From positions 1,432,526-1,496,525 of the forward strand of contig BCKQ01000003.1 in NCBI GenBank assembly GCA_001600695.1: DNA of 64,000 bases, in the 5' to 3' direction. This stretch comes from Ascoidea asiatica JCM 7603 (lineage: Eukaryota > Fungi > Ascomycota). The position numbers and the translations under genes are program-made. Positions 46,674 to 58,258 of the stretch are shown piece by piece (within the stretch, counting starts at the first letter, position 1; each line of letters opens with the position of its first letter). The notes under the pieces are model-generated. The model did no database searches. It saw only the letters and a list, made by a program, of their open reading frames with translations, and was not told the DNA's origin.

Positions 46674-49600
46674 CTAATTTTTAATTTTCCATATAGACAA
46701 ACCTGTTCCTCCAATTACACAAAAATTCTCGTCATTCAAATTAAAACTGGCTAAACATCCTGTATCGGCAACCGTAGTATACTTAGCGTAATTTGAATAC
46801 AAAATTTCAGTTTCCTTTTTTTCAAAATTAATATCCCAAAGTTTTACTGTTTGATCAACACTGGCTACAAGATATTTCAATTCATTTGACAAGTGAACTT
46901 TAGATATTGAGGTTATTGTAGAAGAAGCTGCATTTTTTATAAACGCTTTAACTTCAAACTTCTCTTTATCATGTTCCTCTGAGTCATCGATTGAAAATGT
47001 AGAAAACCCTAATCCATTGTCATCACCTCCAGTTATAATTGCAAAACAAGTTTTATCTGAATCATTTTTCTTATCAATTAAATTAACTTCAAAAGCTTTT
47101 ATACTATTTTGGTGAATCATTTGTCTAATTAATATTTTTGATAACTTCTTGGCTTCATAGTTCACTTTATCTTTCTTTTGAATAAGATTCGACTTTTCTA
47201 TACAAGATTCATATTCATTTACTAAAATCTCAGTGCTAATATCATAAATCACTAAATGACCATCTGTCGATACTATTATCAAGTAAATATTTTTTACACT
47301 TAAAATTAATTTAGTATCTAAGATACAACATGTTTTATAAATACCTTCAAGTAAAAGCAGAAAATTTCTTTTTTCAATATTATAATGAAAAACTTTGAGT
47401 GATGAATCCGAGTATACAATAGAAAATAGAAAACCTATTAATTTTCTTTCCACTGAAAATATTTTAACCGAATCAAAACTCATTATACGAAGATCCGGGT
47501 TATTTGAAAATGGTTTTAGCTGATCATATAAACTAATAAAAGGAGTTAATTCATTTGCATCATTTTGTATCCTCCAAATGAAAAATTCCTCTCTTGCAGC
47601 TGAGGAACATGCAAATTCTTCACTTATGAATTTGATTTTTTGCAAGCCAGAAACATGAAATCTTTCAAACCAACAATTTATTATACATCCATTTTCAAAA
47701 ACTTTCGATAAGCAAACTGTAGTATCTTCAGATGCCGAAAGCATTAATTTATAGTTTAGGTTTTTTCCTTCAATAGATTTTGTAGAATAATTCTTTGGCG
47801 AAATTGTTACATCTCTTATTTCTCTTCCATGAGTACCATTCAACAAAGTATAGGAGTCAAAGTTTAAACTATCTTCATATCCAAAAGAAGTAACAAATAA
47901 AGAATTACTCTTAATATAAATAAATTTTCCTTTTGGTATTTCATTTCTTTTTTTATGATTATTCTCAAGTACTAACTTCCATATTCTATGAGCTCCTCCA
48001 CATAAAACATTCCATATCTCTGAATTTTTGGTTTCATTATACAAGAAAAAGTGATTAGATTTAAAGCCACAAAAAACTAAATCATTATTCGAAACTGTAC
48101 CAGTTTCACAACCTTTGAGATTATCAAGTTGTGAAACAATGGGAATATCAAATGAACCTTCAAGAAAGCCACCTTTTGTAGTTCTATTTTCGTGCATAAT
48201 CTCAATAGAATATAAAGATCTTTTATTATCATTGAAAATAGTTTTAAAGCCACTAATTATATATGAAATTTCCATGGAACTTATAAATTCATTTCGAGAA
48301 ATCTTTAAAGAAATATAAGTACCATCACGAATAAGGAGTTGTAATATTAAAGATTTATTACTGATTATTCTTATTATATTAATTTTGGAAATGGTATCAC
48401 CTTGACATATTTTCTTCCAAGTCTGTGGTATTTCTTTTGGATTAGAGATATCATATATTGAAAATGTTGTGTATCTTGAGCCTAAAATTAACCAATTATT
48501 TTCACTGATGTATTTGAGAGAAGTTATTATAAACTGTTTCTCTGTCTTTGGTTTCAGAAGAATAATATCTTCATTCTCAACATAGTTGAGAGTCTCTAGA
48601 TTCAAATTTCGGATTAAATATGGGTCTTTAGGATTAGGAGATTCGAATAAAATAGATAAAATATTAGATTTAATGTCCAAGCAAAAAGAATTGGTTATGT
48701 TAGCCTTCAATGACTTTTTTTGTTCTTCATTAAGTACATTGATTTTTTTTTTTGTTAAAATTTTTAGATCATCTCCAAATACAAAGATAAACTCTTCACC
48801 CTTATTATTTGTTATTAAAACATAATATTTTTGACTGTGGTAAGCATGGGTTATTGAATAGTTTCCGTTGGAAAAACTTCCTTCTTTATGTATAAACTCA
48901 AAAGATTCAGAGTTATTTTTTATTAAAAATAAGTTTCCCAAAGATGATATAACCAAAATCCCGGAAGTTTTGAGAGCAATAAAATTCTTTATGGATTCTC
49001 CTTTGACTATAATTGTCTTTGTTGTTTGACCGATTTTCTCTAGAGAATATTCAATTGAATGTAAAGTTGAGTTGGTTGAGGAAGAATCAGCTAAGTTGAA
49101 TAAAGATACTTTTCCATCATTTCCTCCAGTGACAGATAATAACTCACCTTCTTCAATATCACAACTCCATACATGTCTTCCTGTATGAGTTTCAATTGAG
49201 CGAATACAGCGAAGATCAAAACTTTCATTTTTATTTTCAGTGATTTTCCAAGTTTTCAAAGTTAAATCTTCCGAACAGCTTAAAATTTGAGAATCATTAT
49301 CGAAAAAAGACAAATACCAAATTCTTGCACCATGTCCCCATCCAGTCGCAAGATTTTTTCCGGTCTTGAAATCCCATATTTTGATAGATCTATCATCAGA
49401 GCACGAAACTAATCTATCACCAGAATTATTGAATTTGATTCCAAAAATTGATCCTTCATGACCAATTAAATTGTGCAATATTTTAGTAGAGAATAGATCC
49501 CAAATGACTATACCATCAAGAACAGTTCCTGCACAAATAGTGACAGACTCTTTTTGAACTTTTATAGACCCGGAATAGAGAATTGATTTCTTAGAGCATG

Positions 49601-50039
49601 ATTTTGAATAATTTAAAATTAATGAATTTTCTGAATATTTTATAGATATCAAAATATTGTGAGCTGTTAATAGATATATTTCATTATCAGTTTCATGAGT
49701 AAAACTAAACTCAACTGACATTATCCAATCACTGCATGCTTTTTCATTTTTTGACAAATCAAACCATTTTTTCTCAGCTAATAGCTGGTCCAAAACATAG
49801 AGACAAAAACTCCTTCCTCCATAGAAAATAACTTTACCAAATCTTATTGTTATTCCATGAATTTTGTTTTTCGAAAATATCCTTACTGAGTTAATTAAAG
49901 TGTTTGTTTTATAATTGATTATTCTTAGATATGGGCCTGCCCCAACAAACAAAAACGGCGTTCTAGGTACAAATTTCAAAGCAGTTATAGGACCTTCATG
50001 ATTGATATCTTCAAAGTAATTTCGATTTTTTTCTACCAT
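46674..50039 (-). CDS. RTT10: WD40 protein Rtt10/Trm734 (WDR6)
   Basis: GHEGSIF, SCSDDRSIKIWD, GWGHGARIW, CGGAHR, GTHGREIRD, SASEDTT, GGDDN. Adjacent to RTC6 as in S. cerevisiae. Confidence 0.92.
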   Translation of the reverse strand: MVEKNRNYFEDINHEGPITALKFVPRTPFLFVGAGPYLRIINYKTNTLINSVRIFSKNKIHGITIRFGKVIFYGGRSFCLYVLDQLLAEKKWFDLSKNEKACSDWIMSVEFSFTHETDNEIYLLTAHNILISIKYSENSLILNYSKSCSKKSILYSGSIKVQKESVTICAGTVLDGIVIWDLFSTKILHNLIGHEGSIFGIKFNNSGDRLVSCSDDRSIKIWDFKTGKNLATGWGHGARIWYLSFFDNDSQILSCSEDLTLKTWKITENKNESFDLRCIRSIETHTGRHVWSCDIEEGELLSVTGGNDGKVSLFNLADSSSTNSTLHSIEYSLEKIGQTTKTIIVKGESIKNFIALKTSGILVISSLGNLFLIKNNSESFEFIHKEGSFSNGNYSITHAYHSQKYYVLITNNKGEEFIFVFGDDLKILTKKKINVLNEEQKKSLKANITNSFCLDIKSNILSILFESPNPKDPYLIRNLNLETLNYVENEDIILLKPKTEKQFIITSLKYISENNWLILGSRYTTFSIYDISNPKEIPQTWKKICQGDTISKINIIRIISNKSLILQLLIRDGTYISLKISRNEFISSMEISYIISGFKTIFNDNKRSLYSIEIMHENRTTKGGFLEGSFDIPIVSQLDNLKGCETGTVSNNDLVFCGFKSNHFFLYNETKNSEIWNVLCGGAHRIWKLVLENNHKKRNEIPKGKFIYIKSNSLFVTSFGYEDSLNFDSYTLLNGTHGREIRDVTISPKNYSTKSIEGKNLNYKLMLSASEDTTVCLSKVFENGCIINCWFERFHVSGLQKIKFISEEFACSSAAREEFFIWRIQNDANELTPFISLYDQLKPFSNNPDLRIMSFDSVKIFSVERKLIGFLFSIVYSDSSLKVFHYNIEKRNFLLLLEGIYKTCCILDTKLILSVKNIYLIIVSTDGHLVIYDISTEILVNEYESCIEKSNLIQKKDKVNYEAKKLSKILIRQMIHQNSIKAFEVNLIDKKNDSDKTCFAIITGGDDNGLGFSTFSIDDSEEHDKEKFEVKAFIKNAASSTITSISKVHLSNELKYLVASVDQTVKLWDINFEKKETEILYSNYAKYTTVADTGCLASFNLNDENFCVIGGTGLSIWKIKN

Positions 50040-50436
50040 CTCTGTTCAATTTTCAAAAAGAATTTATTTTGATATTTTTCAAGTGTGATAATACAGATTC
50101 TAAGTATAAATTTTATCTACAAGATGCCCAAAATAAAAAATTTCACATTATTTCATCAATAATCTGGTTTAAATTTCAAAAACTTTTTATTTTTCAGTTG
50201 TTACCCTGCTTTTTATTTTAGATTTTCCATCTTTAATAACCTTAATCTTTATTCCTTCTTTGTTTTGTTACTTGGCATTGTTGATATTTTATTTCAAAAG
50301 CAATTCATTCAAAAAGGAATAAAATAGAAATAAAGACAAATTAAATTATAATCCATTAAAAAAGCCTCTCTTAAGAGTTTTATATCATTAAAAAATCTCA
50401 TAAGGTTAAATATCATAGTTCTTTTTTGTTTCGGCG

Positions 50437-51252
50437 ATGGAAAGGCATATAAACGCCAGTGGCTTTAGTATCGAAGATTCAGAAGATGATACCCCATTTT
50501 CAAGAATTATTCCGAGTAGCTCAATTATTCAACCTGAAAATCAAACAGGAGCAATTGATCAAGATTCAGAAATGAACATTGGTCAAGAGGCAATTCTGAA
50601 TGACAATGAACAGGAAGGGGAATCTGGAGGGAATGAGGACGATGAAGAAATGGAAGCTCCACCTGCCGAAGGATTTCTATCAGGTATTAGAAAAGTGGAA
50701 GCCAAAGGGCTTATTGACATTGGAAATCTTGCATCCTGGAAATTATCATCTCATAAATCAGGATGTGGAATAAAACAATTGCGTGATGATAATCAAAATA
50801 CATATTGGCAGTCAGATGGGGTTCAGCCTCATTTTATAAATATACATTTTGCCAAAAGAGTTTCAATAAAACAGCTATCTTTATATTGTAATTATAATGC
50901 TGATGAAAGTTATACTCCTTCAAAAATAAAAGTATTAGCTGGCCATGGCCTTCATGATTTAATTGAAGTGTCATCTGTAAACTTGGAAGAACCTAGAGGC
51001 TGGATACATATGCTGTTTGAAAATATTAGTAAAGATGGTCTACTTAAGTGCTTTTTTTTAAAAGTTTTGATAGTAGCAAATCATCAAAATGGTAAAGATA
51101 CTCATCTTAGAGCTGTGAAAATTTTCAGCCCAGTAAGTAAAAGTAGTATGGAAATAGAGCATCAAGCTTCTAAAGTGAAAGTAAGCCAGCCAAATATTCT
51201 TACAATTCCTTTTTCTTCAATCAAATTTATCAGTGAATCTACAGTTAGATAA
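50437..51252 (+). CDS. DOC1: APC/C subunit Apc10
   Basis: LASWKLSSHK, TYWQSDGVQPH, DESYTPS, NHQNGKDTHLR. Confidence 0.96.
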   Translation: MERHINASGFSIEDSEDDTPFSRIIPSSSIIQPENQTGAIDQDSEMNIGQEAILNDNEQEGESGGNEDDEEMEAPPAEGFLSGIRKVEAKGLIDIGNLASWKLSSHKSGCGIKQLRDDNQNTYWQSDGVQPHFINIHFAKRVSIKQLSLYCNYNADESYTPSKIKVLAGHGLHDLIEVSSVNLEEPRGWIHMLFENISKDGLLKCFFLKVLIVANHQNGKDTHLRAVKIFSPVSKSSMEIEHQASKVKVSQPNILTIPFSSIKFISESTVR

Positions 51253-52037
51253 ATCTGATAAACTGTTTTAACTCATTTACTTCAAAATTGAATAACTATT
51301 TGTTAATTTGGGTTGAGTGCAACACGGCTAATTGTAAAAAAAAATTTAATTTTGCAAGATTAATATTGAGGCGTCTAGTTGAATAAAAATTGCTATAAAG
51401 GAAAATCTTGACATAAAAGAATAGATAATGTATTATTGTGTGCATATTATATAGATACTGTCTACCACTAGAAATTTGTTTCAGAGAAAGAGATAATATG
51501 AACAAAAAACTCTTGCTATAAAATATATAAAAGAGAGTAAGTTCAATATTGTTTGATCTCAAGTGTCTCTATTGTTCAAAATTATTATAATATTAAATGA
51601 TTCTTAGTTGATATTATTGTAGCTTACTTGTACTGGTTCATTCATATTACAGTATGTTCAATATTATGGTTTGTGTCTTGAAATACACTAAGAATATCTC
51701 TCGGTAAATTAATTGCTTTTAGGGTTCAAATTTCAAATTTCAAATTTTATTTTAACTTTTTGTAAACCTCTTCAAAAAAAAATTTTGAAAATCGGAAAAT
51801 TATCGATATGTAAAGTATTTTCTGAAATAATGGTCTGATTTAGACTTCATGAATGAAGATCTTGTTGAGATTATTCATTAATCATAAACTTCCAAAACTT
51901 TCAAATTGAAAGAAATTAGAAATTTTTGATCATTTCTCAAAAAAATTCAAATCAGATTATTTGAATAATGAGAAAATAAAACTCCAAAATTACTTTTTAT
52001 CTACTTTTCGTATTAGACTTATAATATAAATACCATA

Positions 52038-53816
52038 ATGCTTTCATCATCTTCCTATACCAAAAAAGATCTTATAAATTTGATTTCTGCAATTCCACCT
52101 CATCCATTAAACATTCGTCCTTTGGGAAATGCAATGTTTACTGAGCCAGCTGTTGTAAATAAAAGGATAAAACAATTGGGTGATTTTAGTAAATTTCCAG
52201 AAGACATAATTTTTAAATTTATTGGATATATATTCAATGAAAAAGACCTTTTACAGCTTTCCCATACTTCAAAAGTGTTTTATTTATATTTATCAAATGA
52301 TGATTTATGGAAAAATGTTTACTTAAGATCTGAAACATCAGAAAATGTACCAAGTTCGTGGAACGGCTCATGGAAGAGAACAATACTATTTCCAAAAACT
52401 TCACCCTTATTACTTCAACATTCCTCAAAACAATTTAAATGTGAAAATAACTTGGTTTGTTCTGATACTTTATTTCGTCCATATCAATGCTCCAAAGTGA
52501 ATTATTCATTAATATTCAGCACAATTTTGAATTTCGAAAAAAACTTTTTCAATCAAGTGACTTACAATAATGACTTAAAACTTCCGTATTTGAATATTCC
52601 AAGAATTTCAGAGGAAAAAATGAGTAAACTGAATTTTGATGATAGATGGTCTAATATTCCTTTCATTTTAGTGAACTCCACCGAAAAAGTAGTAGAAAGA
52701 TGGCCAAAGTGGAACTTAGAATATCTAGTTGAACAATTTCCAAAGGAGAGATTCAGATCAGAATGTGTTAAATGGCCATTGAAAGTATTTTATGATTATT
52801 CTAAGAACAATGAAGATGAAAGTCCGTTGTATCTTTTCGATGTCTTCGAAGGTCATCTAAATGATTTTGAAAAACAATATAAAATACCGGATTGTTTTGA
52901 AAATGACTTATTTAAATTATTTAATAAGGGTTCTATTAAATGCAGGCCCGATTATAGATGGATCATAGCTGGCTCAGGTAGAACAGGATCAACCTTTCAT
53001 AAAGATCCAAATTCAACTTCTGCTTGGAATGCAGTTTTATCTGGTTCTAAAGTATGGATTATGCTTCCTCCAGATGTTACACCTCCAGGTGTCTCTGTAA
53101 GTGAAGATCAATTTGAGGTTACTTCTCCAATTTCATTGGCAGAATGGGTGCTTTCTGGTTTTATCAAGGATGCAATGAAAATCAAAGAATGTTGTATTGG
53201 TATAACTTCTTCAGGGGAATGTTTACATGTTCCAGCTGGTTGGTGGCATTTAGTTATAAATTTAGAGGATACAGTTGCTTTGACGCAAAATTTTCTCCCA
53301 GAAAAAAATTTAGTATACGCTCTTGACTTCTTCAAAAATAAGAGAAAACAAATTAGTGGATTTCATCCAAAGAACATAAATGAACTAATAAAGCTAATGA
53401 TACAGCAAATGAAATCTAAAGAATATTCTTTGCTTTCTAAAAATTCAATAAGTCACTTACAGCTTTTTGAAAACTATTTAACAAAATATAATAAATTTAA
53501 AGAAGAAGCTCTGTTAGACGAAAATGAAGATTGTGGTGAGCTTTATGGGAAAAATTTAATAGATGGCAGAGGTAATGAAGAGTTCATTAATATTCCAATT
53601 TATGAGTTATTTGAAGAATTATTGATAGATAATGGAAAACAAAGACTTTTAGAAAAAGCAACAGAAGAACTTAAGATTCTAGAATTAAATAATCAAAAAA
53701 TTAATACCAGAAAGGTTAAAAGTAGTGAAATTTGGAAATCATTGTTAAAAGAAGATAATTGCCAATTATCTAGAAATGGTTTTAGTTTCGGGTTTGAAGA
53801 AAGTGACGAAGAATAG
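52038..53816 (+). CDS. F-box-like plus JmjC-domain protein (JMJD6-related)
   Basis: PLGN start and F-box-like LGDFSKFPEDII...LWK. DESPLYLFD, RPDYRW, FHKDPNSTSAWNA and VPAGWWHLVINL give an intact HxD...H Fe(II) triad. Confidence 0.92.
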   Translation: MLSSSSYTKKDLINLISAIPPHPLNIRPLGNAMFTEPAVVNKRIKQLGDFSKFPEDIIFKFIGYIFNEKDLLQLSHTSKVFYLYLSNDDLWKNVYLRSETSENVPSSWNGSWKRTILFPKTSPLLLQHSSKQFKCENNLVCSDTLFRPYQCSKVNYSLIFSTILNFEKNFFNQVTYNNDLKLPYLNIPRISEEKMSKLNFDDRWSNIPFILVNSTEKVVERWPKWNLEYLVEQFPKERFRSECVKWPLKVFYDYSKNNEDESPLYLFDVFEGHLNDFEKQYKIPDCFENDLFKLFNKGSIKCRPDYRWIIAGSGRTGSTFHKDPNSTSAWNAVLSGSKVWIMLPPDVTPPGVSVSEDQFEVTSPISLAEWVLSGFIKDAMKIKECCIGITSSGECLHVPAGWWHLVINLEDTVALTQNFLPEKNLVYALDFFKNKRKQISGFHPKNINELIKLMIQQMKSKEYSLLSKNSISHLQLFENYLTKYNKFKEEALLDENEDCGELYGKNLIDGRGNEEFINIPIYELFEELLIDNGKQRLLEKATEELKILELNNQKINTRKVKSSEIWKSLLKEDNCQLSRNGFSFGFEESDEE

Positions 53817-54333
53817 GCCATTTAACATGGTTTATTTTGTATGTTATGATTGAGTGTGCTTTATATTAAAAGTGCCACGCTCAGATAAATTTTTTTTTTC
53901 TTTTTTGAACCGGACATGCGTAAATAAAAGTCTCGCTCAAGAACAACAACATAAATAAATTCTATTTCCTAGAATTTGTTTTTTTAGATTCATATACTAA
54001 AACGAATATGATAGAAAATAAATAGAAAACTAGACACTTGAAATGGTCGCCAGAGTATTAAACAAAACAAAACATTATATAGAGCATGACAATCAAAAGA
54101 GAGTAACAGTATTAATTAAGGAAATTATAAATAAGAATAAAGAAATTAGATAATAAGAGAGGATATCTCTTTATTATATATAAAAAAAAATGGACCTTGT
54201 GAATTTGCAATATAAAAATGAGCAAGAACGTTCTAATTAATTAGTAAAAAAAAAAATGAGATCAGATGAATTGAAATTAAAAGGGATTTTTCTTGAAAAT
54301 AATTAACGAATAGCGAATGCTTTACTAAATTTC

Positions 54334-55287
54334 TCATTTTTTATCATCATCTTTCTTTCTTGAACCTTCTTTAAGAGCAATTAATTGTTTGGCTCTAAAG
54401 GTTTCGTAATGGACTAAAGCTGTTGTTTCAATTAAATCTTGAAGATGAGTACGAGTAAGGAAATCTCTTAAATAGATAAATTCACATTGAGTAACATCCT
54501 CAACATTAATAGCACCCCATCTTGTTCTTCTTCCTCTAACAATTTGATCACCTAAAGTAATTTCTTTTTCAGAACCAACAATTGCAAATGGAATTATAGA
54601 TTTAATATTATCATTCAATCTCTTTTCATCATCGTAAAGATCATCCGTATTATAAGGATAAAAATTGAAATTATGATATTTGAATTCATCTTGTAAAACT
54701 TTTTTAAATTTGTCTCTTTCATCAAGAGTTAAAGAATCTGATTTTGCAATAACAGGAACAACATTTGAAATTTCAGTTAATCTCTTTAATACAGCAATAT
54801 CTAAAGGTTTTAAGCCAATACCATTTGGAGCGATAAAATATAAAACACAATGAACCCTAGTATCTTTGATATATTTTTCTCTTTGAGCGGTTAATTCTTT
54901 TCTAAGATATTGTGAATGTTGTTCTTTAATATATTTGACTATTGGTTCCCAACATCTATCATTATTAACTTGATCACCAAAACCAGGAGTATCAATAACA
55001 TTAATATTCAATCTAACTTTTTCTTCAATTAAAGTGTGAGAAGTGACTTTTATTTCAGCGGTCTTTTCAATTGGTTCACTTGATGATTTTCTACCAGAGG
55101 ATTCTGTCAAATGAGAAGCAAATAGAGTATTAATTAGAGTAGTTTTACCTAAACCAGAATGACCAACAACCATCACATTGAATTGAAACCCACGCTTAAG
55201 AAGACGATGCTCAATTTGAGAAGTGATTGTATCAAAACCAACATATGATTTTGGAGCAACTGATTCATCATGGACTTCTGTACTCAT
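54334..55287 (-). CDS. CDC10: Septin Cdc10
   Basis: PKSYVGFDTITSQIEHRLLKRGFQFN, GHSGLGKT, DTPGFGD, AKSD, no C-terminal coiled coil. ATG at 55287. Confidence 0.97.
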   Translation of the reverse strand: MSTEVHDESVAPKSYVGFDTITSQIEHRLLKRGFQFNVMVVGHSGLGKTTLINTLFASHLTESSGRKSSSEPIEKTAEIKVTSHTLIEEKVRLNINVIDTPGFGDQVNNDRCWEPIVKYIKEQHSQYLRKELTAQREKYIKDTRVHCVLYFIAPNGIGLKPLDIAVLKRLTEISNVVPVIAKSDSLTLDERDKFKKVLQDEFKYHNFNFYPYNTDDLYDDEKRLNDNIKSIIPFAIVGSEKEITLGDQIVRGRRTRWGAINVEDVTQCEFIYLRDFLTRTHLQDLIETTALVHYETFRAKQLIALKEGSRKKDDDKK

Positions 55288-55816
55288 TTTTGAAATAGTT
55301 CTCAATTATTTTAAAAGAATAGTTTTTAGGATCTAAAAATCTAAGTATAAAATTCAAATGAATAATAAAATTAAATAATAAGAATATAATAGAATTTGAA
55401 TGGTTTAATGATTAAACTGAATTGATTTGATTTGAACTTTAGTTATCAATTCTTCTTCTTTCCTGTAGTCTTATTTTGTCCTTTTTTTCAGAATCAAATT
55501 GACTTTTGTGATCCTTTAATTCAAAGGAATGTTCATTTCCAACAACACTTGTCATAAAAAGCAAGAACCTCATACATTAAGCAGAGGATAAAAGTAACTC
55601 TGCAAAAGCCCGTGATCTAAGCGCCTTATGGAGGATGATGCTTACATTTTCAGCAATTTCTGATTAAGAATAACGTGGCGCATAATTTTAGGGAAAATAC
55701 ATATTTAATAATCAGCCTTGAGTAAATCAATGAGAGCACAAGATAAAGAATAAATGATAAAAAATAAAAAAAATTTTAAAACAGAGTAGCAAAAATTGAA
55801 ATCCCATTTGAAGAGA

Positions 55817-56935
55817 ATGCATGGAATTAAAAGGGAAAAATTAACTGAAGAGGCCAAGAAGTTAAGAGAGCTAAAGGACAGAATTAGAATAAAAAATTAC
55901 AGACGATTAAATGCTGCTGTTCTAGACAAAAGATCTAAAGAGAATTATTCCCAGGATGCATTTAAATTAACAACATCACTATTAGATTTGAATCCAGAAT
56001 ATTACACCATATGGAATTATCGAAGAGAAATAATAATCAATGGATTAATAAAGGATCAAGATGACTATATTCAATCCATCCTTTTTGAGAATGAATTGTT
56101 ATTTTTAATGGCTTTATTAAAAAGATTTCCAAAATGTTATTGGATTTGGAATCATAGACTTTGGTGTCTAGATAATAATCCATTATCGAATTGGCCAAAA
56201 GAATTGAAAATTGTAACACAATTGTTATCATTTGACCCTAGAAATTTTCACGGCTGGCATTATAGAAGATATGTAGTAAGTTCAATGGAAAAGAAAACCA
56301 AACAATCAATGTCATTATCTGAATTTAATTATACAACAATTTTGATTAATTCTAATTTCAGTAATTTTTCTGCTTTACATAATCGTACAAAATTAATCGT
56401 AAAATTGTTTGATTTTTTCAGTGAAAATTATGATACTAATGATAATAATGATTATGATAATGAATCGGAAAGGAAAAAAATACTTGAAGCAAATCCAGAG
56501 TTCAAATCTAAATTAATATTTTTAAAGAAAGAACTAAATTATTTCAAGAATGCAATTTATACAGATCCAGATGATCAATCAGTTTGGCTATATTTAAGAT
56601 GGCTTTTATGTTCTGATGAATTTTTAAAAATTAATAATAGTGATATTATTGATAATAGAGAAATTGTAAATATTTTATTAAATGAATTTAATGATATTGA
56701 GGAATTGAATCAATTAGAAAAAGAAGATACGCCTGAAAATTTAGATAATAAATGGTGTCTTAAAATAATGATTGAAATTGACATGGTATTAATAGATAAA
56801 TATTATAAGAATTTGAACCCCGAGGAAATAACAGAAATAAAAAATAACTTTAAATCAAACTTAAATGTTTTGCATATTATTGATCCACTAAGAGCAAATA
56901 GATATTTAGAATTAACATCCACTTATAATTTATAA
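55817..56935 (+). CDS. BET4: Rab geranylgeranyltransferase alpha subunit
   Basis: MHGIKR start, NPEYYTIWNYRR, PKCYWIWNHR, DPRNFHGWHYRR, YTDPDDQSVW, IDPLRANRY. Confidence 0.96.
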   Translation: MHGIKREKLTEEAKKLRELKDRIRIKNYRRLNAAVLDKRSKENYSQDAFKLTTSLLDLNPEYYTIWNYRREIIINGLIKDQDDYIQSILFENELLFLMALLKRFPKCYWIWNHRLWCLDNNPLSNWPKELKIVTQLLSFDPRNFHGWHYRRYVVSSMEKKTKQSMSLSEFNYTTILINSNFSNFSALHNRTKLIVKLFDFFSENYDTNDNNDYDNESERKKILEANPEFKSKLIFLKKELNYFKNAIYTDPDDQSVWLYLRWLLCSDEFLKINNSDIIDNREIVNILLNEFNDIEELNQLEKEDTPENLDNKWCLKIMIEIDMVLIDKYYKNLNPEEITEIKNNFKSNLNVLHIIDPLRANRYLELTSTYNL

Positions 56936-57017
56936 TTTATAATTTAATTTAATTTATTTAGTTATATTATATACATGATTTAGTTTTATACAATTTTTAA
57001 TGTGATAATTTCAAAAA

Positions 57018-57680
57018 TCATTTTTTATCTTCACCTTTGTTAGTTAATTTTTTTGAATTTGAACATGCAAGACCTTTTTCATAGAACAAAGTTTTTGGAC
57101 GACGCGTAAGATAATCATCTTTTTGCATTAATTTTTTATGATACTCAGTTTCTTTTTTACCTGGGTATAAAATTCTTTTATCTACTTCACTTAATTCTTC
57201 CTCACCAACTGCTAATTTATTATTTAATCTTGAATCTTTATATTTTTCAGAATCCATTTTTTTCCAAAGATGTTTAATTTCACCTACACAGTGCATACAA
57301 AGATGATGACTTCTTTTAAACCTACCACAAGATGGACATCTTATTAAATTTTCCAAAAGATTTAATTTCTTTCTTGTTCCAGCTAATTGTCTTTGTCTCT
57401 TTTTTTGATGTGAAGTTTTCTTTTTTGGAACAGCTCTTAAAATTCCAATATCAAATGGGTTGATTATTGGTTGTGACTGCTGGTCTTTTAACTTTTCAAT
57501 TAATTCTTCTATTTTAGTTCTTATTCCTTCTTTGATTTCAGAAGGCCTATTTACTGGAAATGGTATAGAAACCTTTATTTCTGGAATTCGAGGTAATAAT
57601 GAACCAGCAAGTCTTCCTAGAATTCCAGAAATAGATCCTGCGCTAGAAATTCCAATATTGTTAATTAAAACCGAAGCCAT
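57018..57680 (-). CDS. MRPL32: Mitochondrial ribosomal protein bL32m
   Basis: Long presequence then AVPKKKTSHQKKRQR...CPSCGRFKRSHHLCMHC. Confidence 0.95.
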   Translation of the reverse strand: MASVLINNIGISSAGSISGILGRLAGSLLPRIPEIKVSIPFPVNRPSEIKEGIRTKIEELIEKLKDQQSQPIINPFDIGILRAVPKKKTSHQKKRQRQLAGTRKKLNLLENLIRCPSCGRFKRSHHLCMHCVGEIKHLWKKMDSEKYKDSRLNNKLAVGEEELSEVDKRILYPGKKETEYHKKLMQKDDYLTRRPKTLFYEKGLACSNSKKLTNKGEDKK

Positions 57681-58258
57681 TTTGAATCCACTTTCGTTAA
57701 TGGTTTAATTGCTTGACTTCTTGTTTGGAACAACTCAAGATAATTTATGTTGGTTTTTTCATCAGTCAAATTCAGAAATTTATCAGTATTTGAATTATCT
57801 TCTTGTATTCTCATGAAAATTTCAAAACTTTGTGAGAAGCAAAAAACAGTTACCCGCTTCGAGCTATTTCTACAATAAATCTGAACAATAAACGTGACAT
57901 TAATTTGTGCAAGAAAAAAATAATACAGGACATGAATTTTTTATTTATGCCCCGAGATCACTTATATTCAAAAAAACCTAATTTTTCAAACGGTTTACTT
58001 CTGATATTGTTTTAACACTCAAGATAAGTGATCTCAAATATATAAATAAAGGATGCTTAAAATGTTATAGAAGCATCAAGTCAATATAAAAAAAAATTAT
58101 AGTGCTCAACCAATTCTCGACTCAATTTTGTTGAAAACAAAAGAACTAGAAAAGGAATAAATACGAAAACTAGATAAGTTTTTTTTAGGCTACACTTTCT
58201 TGAAATATTTCATTTTGAATAATTTGTCATTGACCAAAAACTATAGAAATATTTCAAT

